DNA of 55,116 nt, filler included, from Streblomastix strix (Eukaryota): assembly GCA_008636045.1 (NCBI GenBank). It is 2 parts of 2 records of this genome, joined end to end, with 100 filler letters (N's around TTAATTAATTAA, not from the genome) between each part and the next. Parts side by side here need not be neighbours in the genome. Positions count along the whole stretch, not along the records: positions 27,686 to 55,116 come from SNRW01000142.1; 1 more part is not named here. One strand, written 5' to 3'. A model generated the notes under the pieces. That model worked only from the letters and a program-made list of their open reading frames with translations. It made no database searches and was not told the DNA's origin. Below, in pieces: positions 41,180 through 52,386 of the stretch. The translations under genes were made by a program, and so were the position numbers. Every line of letters begins with the position of its first letter. The stretch's first letter is position 1.

Positions 41180-43255
41180 ATGCAACAAGCAAAATAAATT
41201 GAAAATAAATTGGAAATGGAAAATAAACTTTTATTACATGATTCTAGTGAATAATAACATTCTGATGTCAACATATAAGCCTTTCAGCATAGTGAAATGG
41301 ACAAAAACGGGGAAATTGTTTCACAACTTGCTCATCGCATTATTATTCAAATTATCAAACACATTAACATTCTGTTATGTAGTATAGACATTAAAAATAC
41401 TGTTTCTGTTGAATTGGTTTAGAATTAAGCAGTGAATATCATAGAGGAAGCCAATGAATTTATTCAATAAAAACTGGACTCTGGGAGTGGTGCAGATGAG
41501 GTTTCAGCTGCTGTTGTCTATATTGCATTATGCACAACAAATATTGAGATTTAAAGGGTAATGAATTGTTTTAGAATTTAGCATGATGAAATATAAAGTG
41601 ATTTGCAAGCTTTTTAGAGTTATGTTGATATTGTTGAAGTATTTTGGAGGATCAGTCTTAATGAGTATAATTCCTTAAATTCAATTACAAATTCAAGAAT
41701 ATCTGCACATTGTATTAATAATACTGTAGGATTCCTGGTTCTTTGCGACGAACTTATAAGAACAATTTTGTTTAAAGAGAATAAAGAAACAAACGAAAAA
41801 TTGAAATCATGTTAATAAAAGATTTCGAATATTGAAAAGATTTACATTGACGCATGCATGGATGCAACTATGATGGATTTATTACAGAAAGTTGGAATTT
41901 GGGGTCGTGAATGGATTCCTAATTTAGAAGATGAAATTTCAAATGAGAAAAATGATGAGAATTGCAAAAGAAAACGAAGAAGAGTTGAATTTGAAGAAGA
42001 TGAATATGAAGATGATTAAGATGATTATATAGATAATAAATTTAATGAAGAAAAGTTAAAAGAACCAGAAATAAAAATCAGAAGAAATAAAACAATTTAA
42101 GAAAAGAGAAAAGAAATTCGTAATTAAATCAAAGATTTAATCCAAAATCAACTTCAAAACTTAGTTGACTAAATATTTGAAAGATAAACAACAGAACCCG
42201 AAGAACTAATAATTGAAAGATTGATGAAAAATATTAATAAGAAAGATAAAATGAAATAATTTCCCATCTTTGAAAATAAAGTTGTTGATAAAATTGATAT
42301 TAGTTAATTTCAAAATTCAAATTCAAATGAGTAAATTGAAATTAATAATAAAATGAAAGATGAGTCAGTTCATACTTTTGATTCAACAATAAATACACAT
42401 AATAATTCATTACTTAACATTTGTCCAATTACCCAACTATTTGCACTTGGATTCATATAACTTCCATTTTATATTGTTTGTAGATAAGAAGAGCTTCAAT
42501 AAATAGCAATGAAGATTCTTTCTCAGCCAACAACTGTAACAAAGAAAATAATTTCTGATCAAAGTTAAAGTGAATCTGAAAATAGCAGTCGTATTTATAA
42601 TATGAGAAAATTGAATGAAACAGTTCAGATGTTTGTCAATCAAGAAATCTTTGGTAAAAAAGCAATTAAAGTTAATTAGATTAAAAAACCAATTCCAATC
42701 AAAGTTGACCAAACAATTACTTCTTCTGATTTACTTTCATGGTGCTTCAAAATATAACAGGACATTGACTTGACAACAGAAGTTGAATAAGAATAAGAAG
42801 ATAGATCTTTTATTGAGAGATGGATTATGCCAAACTATGAAAGTGAATAAATATCTGATTTAATTTAATCTGTTTTTGAAGAATTAGAAGAAAAATGTCC
42901 GAATAAAGCGAATGAAATGAAGAAATTATTGAAGAAAGATAATTAATAAGAAAGAAGTGGATTAGTTTCATTGAATCTTTCTCGTGACCTACTTTCATTT
43001 GTTCATAATGTAACAGGCCAACACATTACAAATATCACGAAGAGAATTTTCATTGATAAAGAGAATCTTTTCTCATAAATCGGACCCAAATGGTGCGTAA
43101 ATCCATTCAGAACGCTCAAAACAAAAAGCAAACGATTTTCATCTTCAACTTCACAGATCGCAAATTCTTCAACAGATTCTGAATAAGAAAACAAAGATGA
43201 ATAATAATTGACTATGATTAAAAATAAGAGAAAAAGATAAGAAGATAATGAATGA
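41180..43255 (+). CDS. Hypothetical protein, 691 aa, with a weak cyclin/TFIIB-box-like N-terminal segment
   Basis: Single code-6 ORF from ATG 41180 to TGA 43253-43255. Segment QAVNIIEEANEF...GSGADEVSAAVVYIALC, basic KRKRRR (NLS-like) and acidic tracts. Confidence 0.75.
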
Positions 43256-43624
43256 ATAAATGAATAAATAATAATAATTGAAACTGGAGTATAAACCAAC
43301 CATAAGAATTATTTATTTTTATTTTTTATAATAATTTTGATTATCATTAATTTTACTTTTATATTGGATGCTTTATACCTTGGAATTGAACTATTTTTTA
43401 ATCATTAATAAATTTGAACAGTTAATAAACAAAAGCATAATTAAATTTGATAAAAAAGAACAGATAAATTGTATTATATTACAATGAAAGTATTTATTAT
43501 TATAATCAAAAAATTATAAATAAATAAAAAAAGGCTACAATGATAATTCTAATAAGTGTATAAACAAAATAAAATTTAAATGAGATTATAAAGATATGAT
43601 AATGAAATTTTCCGGTTCCGATTA

Positions 43625-43855
43625 TCAAAGGCTTCCACCATGACAATAATGAAAATTATTTATTCCTCCTTTCCATGAAAGACATTCAGAACATAAAAGT
43701 CGGTGACAAAAATGGCAGATTTTAATACACTTCGTGCATAGTTTAGCATGGCATCTTACACATGGTGTGAAATCATCACATGGAGTGCAATGTTTGTGGC
43801 ATTCAGGACAAGTGAAATCTTTCTCCGCTTCAATTCGAATCTGCTCCATAGTCAT
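43625..43855 (-). CDS. Small Cys/His-rich zinc-binding protein (76 aa)
   Basis: MTMEQIRIEAEKDFTCPECHKHCTPCDDFTPCVRCHAKLCTKCIKICHFCHRLLCSECLSW...: six CxxC pairs. A possible upstream GT-AG intron at ~43900-43943 makes the start uncertain. Confidence 0.65.
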   Translation of the reverse strand: MTMEQIRIEAEKDFTCPECHKHCTPCDDFTPCVRCHAKLCTKCIKICHFCHRLLCSECLSWKGGINNFHYCHGGSL

Positions 43856-45344
43856 TTCTTGGATTTTTTGCCTCCGATCCAAAATTAAAGAATAAGTCCT
43901 GAAACATATGTTATATAAATTTAATAAATATGTTTTAAATTACCTGCTTCATTCAATAATATTATTATATGTTTATGAAATATGTTAATATTGTAAGAAA
44001 ATCGATATTTTGAAATAAGTATTTTAATATTTAGTTTCTTGATTCAATAATAGTGCAAAAATTTGTTATTTTGTATATAATTAGGATGGTCAAAATATTT
44101 GAAATAAAATTTTAGTAAATTTTAATCATTATTTCTATTATTAGAGCAGAAATATAGATTTTTATATTATATCTAAATTTTCTCAATAAACAATTATAGT
44201 CAAAAATTAATGTTTTAAAAATATGAATAACATTTACCTACATAAGGAATAGCATACATTATAAGTACTATGATTCAAGAAATATCGGGCTGGGCCTTTT
44301 TTCCAAAACCAAAGCAAAAAATTCTTTTATGAATAAAAAATTATATTTGTTGTTAATATTATAATCATGATAATTATTTACACTTTTATTTATAATTCAT
44401 ATCAAAATAATTAAAACGTTTAATTTGCTATTTGAATATTTGCTAATATAGGTCAAATGTGGAATCTAAGTACTTTTTGTAAGTATGGTACTTTTGTATA
44501 CTTATTGTTTGGTTTTCGGTATATTAAAATGTATTGAATAAATTGTATTATTTATAGTTTGAAACTTATCAATAAAATTATTAAATATGTTTTGATGCAT
44601 CAGGAATGAGTGTTTATTTTTGAAAGTTTTTATCATAAGTTATTGAAATAAACAATTTTACAAAATATGAATAAATTGTATCTATACCGTGTTAAACATA
44701 TGGAAATAACTTAAAAACAGAGAAAATTTTAATATAGGAGTAGAATTATGAATAATTTATCCTTGCGAGATTTGTGAACCAAATAAAAAATGTCATGCAA
44801 AATAAAATATATAGTATTTATGTATTTTTATAATGATTTTTACTATTTAAATAATTTGAAGTGAATATAAATAAGTAATTTAATCTCATTCGCAAGTTAT
44901 TAGACATTTTCACTAATTTATTCTGTATTTTGCTCTATAAAATTCAAAATGTATGATAGTATTGGTAAATATATAAAAATGCAGCAATAGAAAATGATTA
45001 ACAGAAAATTGAAGAAGCTTACACACATAACTTTGTTAGATAAGCTCCAAATTTGTTCACGCTAATCCATGCTGTGAAATGAAAATTTGTTAAATAAATA
45101 TTTAGATTAATCAAAAAAATATAAATATTTTTACAATTATAAAGTAAATAACACGCGCATTGGAGAATTATTCGCATATTTTAGGCAAATTTTTACAAAT
45201 TTCACAATAAACAGTGCTTTAAAAAATAATATGTATTAATAATATTGAAATTTTTTTTATTTTATTGATTTATTGGATATCATTAAATATCATAATCGAA
45301 ATGATTGATACAAAAATTAGAACCGCGGTGGAGAGGGTCTCAAG

Positions 45345-45492
45345 GTGTTGATAGCTGTCCTCGCCTCACGAGGCGAATGAGAATGAACGATGTATTGTGC
45401 CTAAATTTAATCCATAAAATACAAATTATTGTCAAAAATGGTCAAATTTAAACTAGTAAACGAGGTATTAGTAACGAATTGTTCCATTGCGG
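45345..45492 (+). repeat. DIRS left inverted terminal repeat (preceded by a 23-nt left-end extension, 45322-45344)
   Basis: Reverse complement of 52113-52261 with scattered mismatches; contains the hairpin TCGCCTC-AC-GAGGCGA. Confidence 0.9.
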
Positions 45493-45516
45493 CGAGTATT
45501 GTCCACTTTAATCCAT

Positions 45517-46747
45517 ATGTAGGAGAATGATCCTCGTGCATCCGCTTGGGAACACATGAAGGACCTGCGTTATGCGTTTTTTCTCATGTTGGAAGCGGCT
45601 GCGAGCAATGATGAGGCAAAGATGGCTGAATATATTTAGATTTCCCTTCCATAGTTCTTATTACCGGTTTTATTCGCGTGTTTACACATCTTACGTTGCA
45701 TGATGAGGGACTTCGATTAAATATCTGGAATGTAAAACTAGGCATGGACCCAATATTTTGAGATGCTTGATGGAATGCAGATACCGTAATTTTCTGGTGC
45801 TGAGTTCGCTGTGTACATGTAGCAGCTTGTCGGGAAAAGTTAACAACAACAAAACTAGATTTAGGAGCAAATTGTTGTTACTTGCGCCTTATTCCGGTAG
45901 GATTACGCCGGCGTTTTGCATCCAGAAAGAGCAAACGCTGGTTTCGTTCAGAGACGCACTTGGGAGTCTAATTGAGTCAGGAAGACAATTCCGCCCGTCG
46001 TCTGCCGTGCCAGGTTGGTAACAAAGTGCTGATGCATAAAATATGTACATGATGCTACGTCCACAGGCGTTAAAACCGAAGTTACTGGAAAAGGAAAAGG
46101 ATCGATATCCCTATGATGATAATGGCAATGAAATTGACATGGATTATCAGGACAATGTATAGCTTGGTTAACTGAATCTAAGATAAAATGGTTCCTTGCT
46201 AGTTTAGAGCGCTGAGGAACTTCCGTAGTTCAAATGGGAGCCTGGAGAGGAAGATGCTCTGAGACAGATTATTTCATTGGCACTCCCTATTCGACGGCTA
46301 GAAGACGTTGTTTCGGCAATTTTGAGGAAACGTTCTTTATAAGTTAAAGCACAGGATCGCTCAATGAGTATGTTGGGTCAAAAGATCTTTAATTAAATTC
46401 GGCTGGGAATCGCTATTCTAAATTGTGATTAACTTGAAGATGATGCGGAACTAATGATTCTTAAAGGAATGGAAATATATACTGAAACTGGAAGGATGAG
46501 GGAAGCAGCATTGGGGAGTTAATCGGCTAGAGTTTCTACAGAATAAGGCAGATTGCGATTATAAAGTATCTAGGATAATATAAAGAATTCTGTAACTTAA
46601 TCAAACTGGAGTTTCGGACCATGGAGAAACAAAGGTTTTCAAAGAAGTTACTATTAACAGCATACAACTCCATTCAATTAGTGGTAATTTGGATCAAGTG
46701 GCAGGGGAATGATTCGCTAGCCGGCTTAAAGGACTGAAAATAGATGA
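45517..46747 (+). pseudogene. DIRS ORF1 (gag-like)
   Basis: MQENDPRASAWEHMKDLRY...; one frameshift near 45900-45970; Q/G/R-rich tail ending at TGA 46745-46747. Assigned by position. Confidence 0.6.
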
Positions 46748-46754
46748 CAATATC

Positions 46755-48927
46755 ATGGATAATAAAATGGTTAATCTGGTGGATTTCAAAGGAGATTTGG
46801 AACTGACCGCAAGTTCAATAATGCTTAGAAGCCTAATTCCTTCTCTGGAGATTATTCTTCTAAGAGGAGAGTTTGACAAAATAGGAACGGCAATGCCTTT
46901 TAATTCTTTGAGGGAAGATTAAGAAGGCTAAGTAGAATGCGTGAGGGAAATTCTATGTAATAAGGTTAATACACAATATCTCATCAAATTGTAGGATACC
47001 CAATTGCAATAGACAATAGAGAGAAGGATAATACCTCTGGAAACGTGTCTGACTCGTTATTCCGAACAATGGAGTAGACTGCGCATAACATTGAACGTCA
47101 TCGAAGGATTAAAAATTCTATGGATATAAGGAAAACCAATTGGCAGGGGCTGTGCTGTGGCATTGGTTAATTCAGAAAAAGAGAATATAATATTCCAACA
47201 ATTAATTTAGGAAGAAATCGAAGAAGGATCAATAGAACTATGTAGCCCAGACGATATTTCCTTTTATAGTCTCATATTTCTTTTTCCAAAATCAAATGGC
47301 GGCTTCAGAAAGGTTATGGATTGCAGAACTATCAATATCTATGCACCTCTAACTCATTCTAAAATGGACGACTGTAGAACTGTCAGATAAATAATTTAAT
47401 GCAACGATTGGGGGGACACCGTCGATCTGAAACAAGTTTATTCACACATTCCGATAGAGATAGAATCTAGAAAATGGCTTGGTTTCATGTATAAAGACAA
47501 GAATTACAGATAGAGAGCAATGTGCATCGGCCTATTGACTGCTCCTCAAACATTCACACTCCTTATTAGAAGAGTAATTGCGTAGTTGCGACCATTGATG
47601 CGGATTGTGACTTATCTGGACAATTTCCTACTTTTATTCAAAACTAAGGAAGAAGCAGAAACCTTAACAGTTGTGGCATTATAACTATTCACTAGCCTAG
47701 GCTTAACTATAGTATGGCAAAAATCTAAGCTAATTCCAACACATAGATTCACTTATCTGGGAATGTATTGGGACACAATAGCGTTGAAGGTTTAGCTTAT
47801 AGGTAAAAGGATCACTAAAGCTAAAAGGATGATGAGGGAAAGGATTCGCTAAACATTAAAAGGGGTCCAAACAACTGCTCATATGAAATCAAAAATTGTG
47901 GAAATTCTTCAATCTATGTCGATATGCGAGTCTCAAACGTTCGTTAGATCAAGAAATTTGATAACGGTTAAAGATCAGATGGTGACAGATAAAGGTTGGA
48001 ACGATTCAATACTATTAGATTCAGATTAAATAAAAGAACTGCTTTGGTGGGATGTTAGACTTAAAAACCTAATAGATTGTAACCTGGTTCCCTTCATGGT
48101 TAAAGCTATTATAACTTCAGACGCAAGTTATGATGATTTAGGAGCAACTTTGATAATCGACAACAATAAATTTGCAGCACAAATAGCTAACGAATGTTGT
48201 TCAATGATGAGAAGTAATGCAAGAGAAATGCTTGCGACCCTGTTTGCTCTGGAGGAAATCACGGAAACTCTTAGATATTACAATATTATAGATATTCTTA
48301 TTCAAACGGATAATTAGATTTGCGCTGCGGACATTTAAAGAAGGAGTAGCTGCAGTTAGCTTAACTAAATTGTAGTTTAGATCCTGGATTTTTCGCGGAG
48401 AAATAATTGGCGCCATCAGTCTCAATGGATACTGGGAATTCAAAATATAATTGCCAATAAGTTATTATGAGGAACAGATGGGTCAGATTTCTCACTTAAA
48501 TAAGAAATATTCGATCAGATTTGCATAATTCCCGAATTAAACCCAGAAATGGATGCTTTTGCAACAGATTATAATGCATTGATGGAGAAATACATCAGTT
48601 GGAAGAAGGAACCTTAGGCAATTGCGACAGACGCTATGAAATAAAGTTTGGAGCAATCAAGCGGTATATTACATGTTCCCACCTATCCCTTTAATCAATC
48701 GAGTTGTAGGAATGATAATTTAGGACAAAGCGAAGGTTTTGTTGATAACTCCAGATTGGAATACTCTTCAATCTCTAGCAGACCTGGAAAGGATTGTAAA
48801 TAAATCAATCAAATTACATAAGATTAAAGATTGCTGCGAAGAGGGTCCTCTTTCTGCGGCAACTAAAACAAACCTTCCTCCGGCGTCCTTAAGAGCTTGG
48901 GTAATAAATATCGTGCAGAATAATTGA
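46755..48927 (+). pseudogene. DIRS ORF2: reverse transcriptase, RNase H and Dam-like methyltransferase
   Basis: FPKSNGGFRKVMDCR, VDLKQVYSHI, AMCIGLLTAP, YLDN (YxDD mutated); RNase H TSDAS / SNAREM / IQTDN; MTase-like MDAFAT..N. Internal TGA and frameshifts. Confidence 0.92.
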
Positions 48928-50057
48928 TAATTGAACTAGAATTATAATAAGCAGCGTAAGAGTACTTAAAAGCAGCCCTCTCTTTATCAGCATTATCTAC
49001 ATATATTTCGTAGTTAAATAAATGGTTCCAATGGTGTAAAGTTAACCAGCAAGATCCTTTCATCACTAATCCTACAGTACTTGCTAATGCAATGGCTTAA
49101 AGAGCTTCCCAGAGGGAGAGCCGTTCTGCAATATTTAGTATGAGATCAGCTGTATCTACAATAATTGGGTTACATACAGGTAAGTAACTTTGGTAGGAGA
49201 TTATTACGTCTCTAATATCTAGAGGTATTTTGCATACTTAATCTAAGCAATCAAAGAACTCCGTAGCTTGGGATGCAAATTTATTAAAGGAATATTGAAG
49301 TATAAATGTGTCGGATTAGCAACTCAATTGGATTCAGTTGCAGGCAAAGGTAGCAAGTTTGTTAATACTTATTCATTCTTTGAGATTTGCTGAAATGGAA
49401 AGGATAAAAATTGGATCAGTAAAATTGATTAGTTAAGGCAAGATTATACGAATAGAAACGAGGCTAAAAACATCTAATTAGTCAAAGAGAATTTATTTAA
49501 AGTCGTTGCATGAAGATATAGTATACAATATGCTATATAATGCTCCAGAACAGCTGAAATTAAACATTTCGAATAGTCATTTCGTTTGATGACCAGCCAT
49601 TCCTTTGTTTGTTAATTAAGCTGGTAATGGGACTTTAACTGCAGTGTAGATCTCCTATTTAGTTAAAAGGATAATGAAGTTAGCAGGAATCAATACAGAT
49701 GATTTCATGGGGTATAGTGCCAAAACTTCTGGTATATCTACAAGATTTCAGGAGGGACAGTCAATTTCTGATGCAGCCAATCAATCTCGACTAACACAAA
49801 AGAGTCGCGTTCTTCAAAAACACTATTTAAAACCGCTATAAAAGGTCAAGCAGTAAATAATCTATTCTAATATATCATCTTCTCAATATTCTCATTCGCC
49901 TCGTGAGACGAGGCCAGCTATCAACACCTCGAGACCCTCTCCAGAGCGGTCAGCGAGTGCTGATACAGACGAGACGAATAAGGCGAATGGCCCGTCTCAG
50001 AAATGGGATTTAAGAGATAAACTTATGATAACAATACCAGTAAGATATTTAGATTGA
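48900..50057 (+). pseudogene. DIRS ORF3: tyrosine recombinase
   Basis: WFQWC, MRSAVST, AWDA, SLRFAEM (catalytic R), RLKT, AGINTDDFMGYSAK, QKHYLKP (catalytic Y); internal TGA at ~49296 and ~49588; start uncertain. Confidence 0.88.
49888..49965 (+). repeat. DIRS internal complementary region (ICR)
   Basis: 49888-49950 is complementary to the left end (45322-45383). 49951-49965 (cagcgagtgctgata) is complementary to the right end (52253-52267). Confidence 0.9.
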
Positions 50058-50959
50058 TATATTTCTTTCACACTGTGCATCAATTGATCTTCATCAAATT
50101 TAGTTTTATTACTTAATAAGTTGATTTATCAATACAAATATGTGCTCTTTCATGTATCTGTAATGACTAATTTATTGGTCGAACATCGAGAAGTATTCCG
50201 ATTTTTGATTCACTTTTAATCAGTGTGAGTTTATATGTCGTAAATGAATTGAATCATTCAATTCTGTAGGATGAAATTATAAAAAATAAAGATATTCAGA
50301 AGATAATATAATTTAAATCACATGTTTAATGATAGAATACGAGAAAATAGAAAAAATAAATTTTGATTGAAAAAAATCAATATTACTCATAAAATGTAAT
50401 CAGTGTATAATTATAAATAAAAAACTGTGTATATAAGATAGATCAACAATATTATTGTAATTTTAAGCTGAATTAATGATACAATAATGGTTTTAAGTAT
50501 CGAATTGTTCATTCTCATTTTTTTTGGTACAAAACAAGTGAATAAGTGTGCATAAAATAGAAATAAATACGAATAAATATAAAATTAGTATGTAAAAGGT
50601 AAATGTAAGCCATTATTTATCTAATTTATTGCATAAATCAAGTTTTCTATAATTAACCACGGCATTTTAGGCAAAAGTGATGACAGGCTTGGGAAAATTT
50701 TTTGCTTACACGTGCCTCCAAAACAACCCCAGCACATTCTGTGAAAAATGCCAAATAAAGAGGTGGTTTACCAACAAATTATATATCAGAGCAGATCTGC
50801 ACGAGCTTCAGCTTTTTCTCGTTTTCTTCGTAAAAACTAAGAATATTGGTATTCTAATAATATTTTTTTTTAATAATGGCCGAGGTTCATGTCAAAATTT
50901 TCTTATTTTTTCTAGATCATATCTGGATAGCAAGATTAGCATCTAATCCCTATTAAAAC

Positions 50960-51956
50960 TTGAAATGACCACAGATCGTCGGCCACGACACCAAAACTTT
51001 CAATTTGTGTCTAATGGCGTTACATGTGCATTTTCCCATTGAATGAGCAGGGGTTATTTTTTAGAGAGCGTTTTAATTTTTTTCAAGACCTCATTTTCCA
51101 ATCTTAATAAAATGACCACAGATCATCCGCCACATTGTTTCAGCTTCTAATTTTTATTTTATTGTGATATATGATTTTTTTCCCTTCGATTGAGGGGATT
51201 TATTTTTTAGACAGCGTTTTCGATTTTTGGCTTTAAAATAATAGAAAAAATTCTGAAAAATAAAATGACCACAGATCATCGGCCACAATACTAAAACTCA
51301 TAATTTTTATTTTATTGAGTTATATGAATTTTTTGCCATCAAATGAGGGGTGGGTTATTTTTTAGACAGCGTTTTTGATTTTTGGCTTTAAAATAATAGA
51401 AAAATTTCGGAAAAAATAAAACGCCCATAGCTCTAACCGTTCAATTTTTACAAGTTTGTTCGAGTTCCATTTTGTACTTCGATAGATTTATTTACGAATG
51501 AGCTGGGGTTATTTTGTAGATATTGGTAAACACTGAATCTGGCTCAATTTGCCATGGTTATTTATAATTGCGTCATGCAAATGATAGTTAGTATTGATTC
51601 GTATGTAAATGAATGAAAAACAAGTGTTTATATCAGAAATATGTGTTAAAGTATTGATAAATAAAATGAGTATCGAACAGCAAGCATTATAATATTTTTA
51701 TCAGTAAAATAAAAATGGAAATAGCTCAGCCAACAGGATATTAAACCTATTAACTGTCAAATTATTTAGATTAATGATTTTTATAGCGTCAAATTGAGAG
51801 GGGGTTATATTTGAATTACGATTTTTCATTTTAGATAGAAAATTAATTGGACAAAAAGAAAAAAGCGTACAGCACCAGCAATATGAAATTATACTGTTAA
51901 ATTTTTATATACTCATACTCCACAAATTTTTTACCATCGATTGAGCAGGGGTTACA
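50960..51956. repeat. Degenerate array with a ~150-bp period
   Basis: aaatgaccacagatc..c.gccac at ~50963, 51110 and 51263; tgag..ggg(g)ttattttttaga-type motif at ~51043, 51191, 51343, 51498, 51794 and 51941. Confidence 0.75.
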
Positions 51957-52112
51957 ATTGTCTTAGAATTTCATGACAAAATTCATGACATTTGCCATGG
52001 TTACTCCCTCCCTTTCGCTTCATTCTATCCCTCAATTTTATTTTGATCACATCGGTTTGAGTGTTTAATTTTAATTTTAATAGTTATATTTTATTTTACC
52101 TTTTCCCAATAT

Positions 52113-52261
52113 CCGCAATGGGACAATTCGTTACTAACGCCTCGTTTATAAATTTAAATTTGACCATTTTTTGACAATAATTTGTATTTTATGGATTAAA
52201 TTAAAGTACAATACATCGTTCATTCTCATTCGCCTCGTGAGGCGAGGCCAGCTATCAACAC
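52113..52261 (-). repeat. DIRS right inverted terminal repeat (followed by a 6-nt extension, tcgctg)
   Basis: Reverse complement of 45345-45492. Confidence 0.9.
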
Positions 52262-52386
52262 TCGCTGATGTTTCTGATTTTTTTATTTAACACATTTTTC
52301 TCATTGGTTGTCATTAAAAATGAATTTAATCTTTTATATTTATATTCTTCTTATAATTTATTTCTATTTTATTCAGATCATACATC

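Larger units (their letters stand above)
45322..52267 (+). mobile_element. DIRS1-type tyrosine-recombinase retrotransposon, full structure but inactivated
   Basis: gag-like, RT-RNaseH-MTase and YR ORFs; inverted terminal repeats; an internal region complementary to both termini. Confidence 0.9.

Noticed and set aside
2707..49298. In-frame TGA codons as Trp or Sec recoding
   Set aside because: They occur only in element ORFs that also show other decay (frameshifts, mutated motifs), they replace different residues (Trp, Gly), and host genes end at TGA.
45322..49950. Reading 45322-45383 and 49888-49950 as the element's TIR pair
   Set aside because: The adjacent 49951-49965 matches the end at 52253-52267, and a longer ~150-bp ITR exists at 52113-52261, so the internal copy fits an ICR better.
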